This document shows, piece by piece, positions 45,001-54,000 of a stretch of 64,000 nt of DNA (position 1 is its first letter; the number at the start of each line of letters is the position of its first letter). Below the pieces are notes generated by a model. The model was not told where the DNA came from. It made no database searches and saw nothing but the letters and a program-made list of their open reading frames with translations. Made by a program: the position numbers and the translations under genes. The DNA lies in assembly GCA_002633005.1 (NCBI GenBank), contig NMRA01000118.1, forward strand, positions 248,707-312,706. Reading direction: 5' to 3'. Origin of the DNA: Phoronis australis. Taxonomy: Eukaryota > Animalia > Phoronida.

Positions 45001-48000
45001 CCCAAATTGATTAAAGCCATCATGCTGTTGTAGTTAATTACATTGCCTCAGGCAGCTGATGTTATCATTCTCTAGGTAGTCAGATCCATCACTGGGGGTG
45101 ACAATAGTATTTTTAAATTTTTGTTTTGAAATTTTTTAAATAGCATATTTGAATAGTTCGTCGTAAAAAGTAAACGTGATTGGGTTTTTGAATTTTGAAA
45201 ATCAGACAAGAAATGTGACTTTTACAACCTAAACCCTTTTCTATGTTGTCATGTTATGTTCCTCATTAATTATGTTGGGTGTGCACCATAATTCAGCCAG
45301 TTACCAAACCATCAGGCAGCAGTTGGATTTTGAGGTAAGCCAAATGTCATGTACAATTCTTGGCATGTTGAATTGTTTAGCTTTAATCAGAGCTATAAAG
45401 CAGCAAAAGCTGAATAGTGTAATTCTAAAGCTTTTACAAATCAACAATTCTTACAACTGTCTGACAGACATTCCCTCAAACCATGACCAGTGACTTTCCC
45501 ACTAAAATACACTTGAAATACTCTGCTACTCTACGTGTGGGATTTGGCTCAGAGCTACAACAAAAGGCGGGTGCTACAGCAAAGTTTACAGAACCAAGTC
45601 CACACTATTTCTAATTTTTGTAATTTCTCATCAAGAATATCCCTTTGTAATAATTACTTACAGGTCAGAGAAAGTATTAAACACAATTTTGTTAAATTCC
45701 ATCATGAAGGGTCCTGTAGAGCTGAATAGTTTGTCAAATGCGCTTTGCGGAGGAAGAGTAAGACCCAACTTGTCTTCAAATTTTTTGGGATCAGCAAAGA
45801 ATGCCATAGCGTGGATAAGAAACGACTTCATATTGTCAGCGATTGTCTCTAACTCAACATGTGTAACTGTGTCCATATTCATCAGCTGTGAAAAGAAAGA
45901 ATTAAGATCAGTTTACAAGATGGGAAAATTGCACTCACACCAACAGCAGTCTCTTGTACCCAGAATATGCATCTTTAAATATACTGGGAAAACTGATGTC
46001 GCCGTCTGCACTTGATATCACAAAGTTGTACACGACAGATGCATTAACAATGTTTTCACGCCAATAAAATACTGGATGAAATATATTGAAATGTCAAGGA
46101 CAAGTCTGGTACTTTTCAATGTGTTTCTAGGGTTTCTGAAAAATTTTCCTCATGAACAGTTTGTGCAGAATCCTTCATTCGCGGAAAAATACAATAAAAA
46201 TTGACCGAAGCACTGCGATGGGTTTTATTTTTATTTGTTGACAATGGTTTTGAGTCGATGTGTGTTTACATTCAATTTGTTTATTCAGCGTGGTAGATAG
46301 TTGACATCTGCGTCGTGACATCAGAAACAAGAGCAACGCGGAGTGTTGAAATGCACCCACGAATGCACCGCAAAAGGTGTGCAGTTAGGGCTATTTATTT
46401 GTATCATAAAAATTGGCCACTAGATGGAACAAAAACGTACAATCCATCCAAAAAATGGGAACATGCCATATTTCATAAAACCTGTCAAGGAACTTCAGAG
46501 AAACAATGGAAAACAGAATAAAATGAAATTGCCAATAGTGGGCACAGAATCCATTGGATAGGCCTGAAAGTCGTCGTCGTCGTCTGTTATTATCCTAATA
46601 CAGCTATGGGCACAAAACAAAAAACAAAACTACCACTAGGAGGCGCCACAGTAGTCAGTCGCCATCATCAAACGTCCTCTTCACATTGAGAACATTTCAA
46701 TTTTCAAAACCATCCCTAGAAGAACTTGGTTGACAGACCGGTCAGGACGCCAAAACCAGGGTTTGAAAACAGTAAAAATGGCCACTAGGTGGTGCAAAAT
46801 ACCTTGATTCCATCCAAAAACAAAAGAAAAGCGTCACCTCTTCAATAGATGCTTATATTCAAAATTTTCTGAAAATCTGTTGAGGACCTTTGAAGATACA
46901 GAGGTAAACGTAAAAAACTAAAATTGCACACCAGTGGTCAGATCTGTCCGAAAGTCGTCGTTGTCGGTTGTCAACATCAAATAAATACAATTGCTAAATT
47001 AAGTAGAGATCCTGCAAATGGTTTAGGAAATACAGCTATGAGCGCAAAACAAACTGCCAACAGGAGGCGCCAGAGTAGACGAAGTCGTCGGAAATCATCA
47101 TCAGCTGTCCACTTCATGTTAAAACATACATGCCAATTTTCATAATTATCCTGAAAGCGCTCTGATTGATCGAGGGGTGGACGCCAAAAAAAGACTTAAG
47201 AAAAGTAAATATGGCCACTAGGTGGCGCAGACTAGGCCGAATCCATCTGAAAATGGGGGACATAGCGTCAACTCCTTAACAGATGCCTGAATGCCAAATT
47301 GTATGAAAATACCTTGAGGACCTTTGAAGATACAGAGGTAAACATATTATTAACAAAATAAAATTGCCACTAGGTGGCACACCAGTCTTCAGATCTGTCT
47401 GAAAGTTGTCGTCCTGAGTTATTAACATCATATAAATACACTTACTAATTTTAGTAAAGATCCTGCAAACGGTTTAGGAGATACAACCATAGGCGCAAAA
47501 AAACAAAATTGCCACTAGGAGGCACCACAGTAGTTGAAGTCGTCGGAAAACCATCGTCAGCTGTCCACTTCATAGTAAGAATATACATGACAATTTTCGC
47601 AGTCATCTTTTGAGCGGTTTGGTTGATTAGGATGGACATCAAAAAATCAGTAAAAATGGCCACTTGGTGGTGCAAAATACCTCGAATCCATCCGAAAATG
47701 AAAGGATAGCGTCAACTCTTTAATAAATGCCAGCGTGCTAAATTTCATGAAACTCGGTTGAGGACCTTTGAAGATACGCCCGGACGGCCTGACGACCATG
47801 CAAACAGAGATGACGGCAATATGCACCCCCATATAAATATGTGGGCGCATAAAAATCTGTCATGGAACTTCAGAGAAAGAAAGGAAAACGGAAAAAATTT
47901 AATATTTAAAATAAATTGCCACTAAGAGACACAGCATTCGTTGGATCCGCCTGAAAGTCATTGTCTGTTGTTAGTTTCATATAAATAAACTTACTAACTA

Positions 48001-51000
48001 ATAAAGATCCTGCAGTGGGTTTAGGAAATACAGCTATGGGCGCAAAACAACACAAAATTACCACTAGGAGGTGCCACAGTACTCGAAATCATCATCATCA
48101 ACCCGTCCTTTCGATACTGAGAACATATACGCCAATTTTCAAAATCATCCTCAGAATGATTTGGTTGATAGAGGATTAGATGCCAAAAAACAGACTCGAA
48201 AACAGCAACAATGGCCCCTAGGTGGTGCAAAATACCTCAATTCCATCCGAAAACGGGAGGATAGCATCATCTGACCAATAGTTGCCTATATTCCAAATTT
48301 TATCAAAATCCGTGGAGGACATTTGAATATACAGACTGAGGTAAATGTAAAAAAATGAAGTTGCCAGTAGAGGGCATACCAGTAGTCAGATCAGTTTGAA
48401 TGTCGTCGTTGTCTATTGTCAATATCATATAAATACACTTGCTAAATTTAGTAAAGATCCTGCAAACCGTTTAGGAGATACAGCCATGGGCGCACTAGAA
48501 AACGCCACAGTATTCGAAGTCGTAAGAAAATCATCGTCAGCAGAAGGAACAATGACTTTATATATGCTAATTTTCACCATCATCCTTAGAGTGTCAATAT
48601 CTTTCTGTTGATGAAACTTAACTGTGGCCGTTTGCGGTGGTTCACTTGCTTGCCTGCGAGTTTAGCTTCCCCCTCATCATTTTACCTTCCGACGTTTAAG
48701 CATAAATATCGGTTGTTGATGAAGATTTTTACACCCTCACACGACCCGCTGCACAAAACTCCATTTCCTTTTTTATATTTAGTGCACTGCCCCGCATAGG
48801 CACGTTCTGGTATCCCCCGAAAGTATTGCGGCACTTTATGAATACCCAGGGTAGCGTGGCGAATAATGTGCATTTTTGAGTACTATGAGGCGGAGGCTGA
48901 CACATTTACTTTAATTTAGCAAAGAAACGCCAGAGTAAATTACTTTTTATAGGCAGAAACTTCCCGTATGATTTACGACATTTCTTGCCTGCAATCTACT
49001 AGTGCGTGTTTTTAAATTGAGGTGGTAAAGTAGCCTTAACACGAACAATATCACAAACAGAACAGGACACACATCCTGTTGCCAGGTGCACATGCTGTGC
49101 CTGAAACAAAGGCGGAGCCAGAGGAACTGGTGGGTCCCACATCAGTTGACCCTAAGTCTTAATGCAGGAACAATAGTCTTTTGTTTAGGATCTTAATGTC
49201 CACTAGGGGCGTTGTATGTACATCTTAAGGCATTTCCAGAGTGCATTGTAGCTGTGGTCTACCCCCGCTCCTAGGTAATTGTTTATTGGCTAAATAGATG
49301 TTTAATCTGACCAATCCGAGTACTGTTTTGATGGTTTTTTAGCTTGAGCAGTCATTTACAGCGCTGAAATTTCGAATATTGGTTTTCAACATGTTGTGAT
49401 GCTCTTTAGACTGAGTAATTATTAGCTGGGCCACGCGGAAAACTCCAGTAAGTACATGTCATTCAGTTAAGGCCTTAAGCTTAGTCTATTCATGCAGATC
49501 TGCTGGATATTGTATGCCTAGTGTTTAATTGTTTAACTGTAACGGCTGCTTTGTGGTGGTTTCACCTAATGTGGGTTCCAGTCCCAAGTGCCAGCCATAT
49601 TGACTATTGGGTAGACCTAACGATTTGAGAACACTGGTTCTGTTGTCTGACAAACTTTATTTATTGTTTGTAGATAACCGTCACTTCAAGAATAAATTGA
49701 TTAAACGAAGCTGACACGTTATACTTTCGCCCACACTAATAGCTAAGTTTGCCATCGTGGTGTCCCTCAGTGCCAAAGTAGCGGCCAGAATCCGCTGGGC
49801 CAGGAATTGTGTGCCAGGCTGGTTGTTGCAGCTGGTCAACTGAATCAGTCAAAAGACCAACGATATTTGGCAGCAGTTCTCTCTAGTATGACATTGTCAG
49901 AAAAAACTCTTGCTTGACACTTCTGACGAGTGCCACACACGTTCGCAACAAGGAAACTCAAATGCATGCGCACATGCAACACATACTGGTTTCATCCCTA
50001 GGCCGCTGGGATTGACGAAACTGGATTGAATTCACAACAGGTTAGATAGAATACACGAAGTTATTAGTTTCGCCCATAGGCCGCTAGGATTGACGAAAGA
50101 GAATCGACGAAACTGGACTGAATTCACGAAGGGTGATTGAATTCACAACACGATACGATAGATGAAACGGAATCGATTTAACAGCATTGAATTCACAATG
50201 CAGGTTACGATAAACAAAACAGCATTGAATTCACGATATGGAATTGACGAGTGAAGATTCAATGTAATGGCATTATAAATGCGCAAGACAGGATTGAATT
50301 GTTGTGCAGTTGGCATCGAGTTCATTAAATGGAATAGAATATACATTTTGATGTTTTTTGCATAAACGGACGCCCATAGTAAAAGACCTACATCAGAAGT
50401 AAGCAGGTTTTATGACAGAAGGTGAACATAGAACACCTTTCAAATTGTTTCATGTCATTGGTAGATTCAAACTGTCATTGTGCCACAAAACTGGAATTGA
50501 ATTATGAGTCCATCTTGAATTCATGCAACATGTCCAATATTGAACCCAAAAGCTCAGATATTCATTGCTGCTGGTACACCACATCACAACCTATTCACCA
50601 GCCTTCCAAACATCCTGGTCAATGCACAAATTTAACAACTTACCATCTTGAACAGGTCTTTCACCATCCGTGTGTCTCTAGTGAGATCCATATAAAGCTG
50701 GGTCAAGTTGATGGACAGGACTTTACAGATGAGAGTCTGTAGGTCTGTCATATTCATCTTGTTCACTCTAGGCGCAGACATCAGCTTGGTAAATACGTTG
50801 ATGTCTGAGCACATTTTTGCTCGGTTACTACACGACATCCAGTCACACAGCTGTGAATAACAATTATTTATAAGATTTCTCACAAACACCAAGTCTAGCC
50901 AGCATGACACCTTGGCCACGTGACGTGACCTAATGAACATACGTCTGAAAAGATTTCTCACCTAACCGGGACTCGAACCTGGGACTTCCTACGAACCGTG

Positions 51001-54000
51001 CAGACATGCTAGTTCACAAACCCATCAGGACATAAATTACATATTTATATAATTATAAGATTTAGAAAAAACCATGGTATGCCAACCAAAACTTCTGTTC
51101 AGCTGGCTGTCTGAATAATCAAAATCCACATAGGGTATGGTACAACAGACTAAAAAGTGAACAGCAAAGATTCTTGCCAAACTAGTGATGGGGAACCCTT
51201 GGGGACTCACAGACACGACCACAAGAAATGTCATCGGCATGCCGTTTTTAGGAGCCAGGCAGACATTTTTCATTCAAAAATTGTGGTTGAGTTCCCCCAT
51301 ATGACATCCTAGACCGGCCGCCACAGTGTTCCATGAAACTAATTCTATTTCAAAAAGGGAATTTTTTATTCCACTACTTTTTTAAGTTGGACATCAAATT
51401 ATGGAAATTTGTCACTCAAATCAGGCAAAATTGGTGATTTTGATGCTATTCGTCATGAAAGTATTACCCCATTGCAGGCAAGTAAGTAGTCAAAGGCAAC
51501 ACTGGGTATCTTCAATCAAAGAATATTCTCTATACACTACATAATAATTTTTCATTTGTATTGTATTGATTACCAATTCCATGCCATTTAAAACACAAAC
51601 ATGAAGGTAACCACAGATGATACACATGGAAGGAGAAAATCGGAGTAAAGAAAACACAATTGTAAAAAAATTCTTTTGGTGATGGACAAGTTTGAAATGA
51701 TGACATAAATAACTGTGTCGTAAACATGGTTGTGATGAGTTTACTGTCAGACTCACAGCAAGCCTTAATCATGCTGTATACTCTAAAGAAGTCGAAATAG
51801 TTTCAAAATCCATGTCAACGGTACTCTAGACCAGTTTGCGTACCTCGGAATTTGCCAACATTGAACAAACACACCATGCTGTTGTAGTTAATTACATCGC
51901 CTCAGGCTGCTGATGCTATCAATCCTAAATAATCAGACCCATCATAAACACACAGTTAGGGGGTGACAATAAAGTGTTCTTAAATTTTCATTTTGAAAGT
52001 CTCTAAATAGCATAGTAGTCTTGAATAGTTCTTGAAAAGTACACATGATTAGGTTTTGGAATTTTGAGAATCAGACAACAAAATGTAACTTTTACAATCT
52101 AAAATGTTTGTTTACTGTTGCCATATTATGTCCCTTATTAACTCTGTCGGGTGCGCAACTGGGCCAAGTACCAAACCATCAGGTAGCACTTGAATTTTGA
52201 GGCAAGCCAATTAAGTGTCAATGTACAATTTTTGGCATGGTAGACATTGAGCAAAAACAAAATTTTCACCAGCAGATGCCACCTGATAGCTCAATCTGTC
52301 TAAAAATCATCATATACGTCAATTTTCATAATGATCCCTAGAGCGGTTTGGCTGACATAGGCGGATGCCAAAATCAGACTTGACATGAATAAAAATGGCC
52401 AACAGGTGGCACACAAAACACCAAATCCATCCCAAAATAAGAAAATGTCATCACCTCCTTAGTAGCAACCTATGAGCCAATTTCATGACAATCCGTCAAG
52501 GAACCCCAAAGATACAGTAAAGAAATGGCACTAGGGGCAGCAGTGGTAGTCGGACCCATCCAAAAGTATGTCATCTGTTGCCAAGATCCTGCAGAAGAAA
52601 AAATGCCACTAGGGGGCACCACAGAGGTCAGAGCCGCACAAAAATTAACAACAACCTTGCTACTCTGATTTCGAACACAACTGCCAATTTTCACAGAGAT
52701 TCTTAAAGCATTTGGCAGATGCCAGTGTGGCACAGAATGTGTTGAATCCAAAAACGAGAAGACATTGTTACACCCTTAATATGTATTTGCCAAAATCCTT
52801 GAAATTCCGACAAGGAGCACTGACGACAAAGAAGCAAATATAAAAATGCGAAATTGTCACTAGAGGGCACAGCAATAGTGAGATCCGCCCGAAAGTTCAC
52901 ACATGCCGTCTCTTTCAAAATTTCATGAACATCCATCAACGGGTTTTGGAGATACAGAAGCAGACGCCAGACAAACGGAGATGATTGCATAATGACTGTC
53001 CACATTATACTTCACCATGGAGGTGCAGGATGTTAAGCAGTATGGCAACATTACACAATACACTGCTGATTTTTAAAGGCTTTAAATTCATGTCATGCAA
53101 CATTCAAACTTGTCCACCACTGTGTAAGATATCAACATTTGTGAAACCCCAATCCAGACAATTAAGAAAAAAATTTGAAGTGTTGATCAATGACGATCGA
53201 GTTCCATAATCAATGCACCATTACTGTTGTTTTATACTTGTGTTTCAATGAAAAGATGGACAACATACCTTACCACCATCTTTCATTATGGACAAATAAG
53301 TCCACATGAAAGACTCAAGAACTGCTGGCGTCTTTTCAATCAGTTCAGACATGAACCCCAGCTGGGGAACAGAATGCTTGAACCAGTCAGAGAAACCTAC
53401 AGGAGAAAATTACATATTAACAAGCCAGCTTGTCTAAAATATTCCACGAGTGGACCCACAGTTACAGCCACTGGGTCTGACAATTAACACGTAGATAATT
53501 AGGCACTTTAAATTCTTACACAGCAGCAAGACACAGTGTTCCAGCAAGGTCAGGACCCCTGGACACGCGCCTGTATTCCAGAATGCTGGGACGAAAAGCT
53601 ATAAGCAGTGTTACTTTCATAAAAAAACAGTGACCAACAGAGATTGCAGAACAAGTCAGGCATAATCAGACCACTACTTGGTGATCCAGCTCAAAGTGCA
53701 GTATAGCCTTAGTGTCTCACTGTATAAATGTTCTGTGAAGAGGCTTACTACGCTGGCTTGGTTAAAGCTGCATGGAGTGGCTACAACAGCTTGGTGATGT
53801 AGCCCAAAATATTTATAGCCTGCAGCACAACCAATCACATAAAAATTGTTGCTGATCATCACTACTTGAGCCACTGACAGTGGTCGTACAACCAACCGTG
53901 CAATAATAGCAGAATGATTAGATTAGACTAGTTTAAATTACAAACCAGTCACCACCAATACTTGAGTATGCACGGCCACTTCAGAATCGATATGAACACT

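Noticed and set aside
50945-51030. Functional tRNA gene (also 6680-6795)
   Set aside because: Only the B box/T arm is good; acceptor and D stems cannot be formed. Treated as SINE heads.
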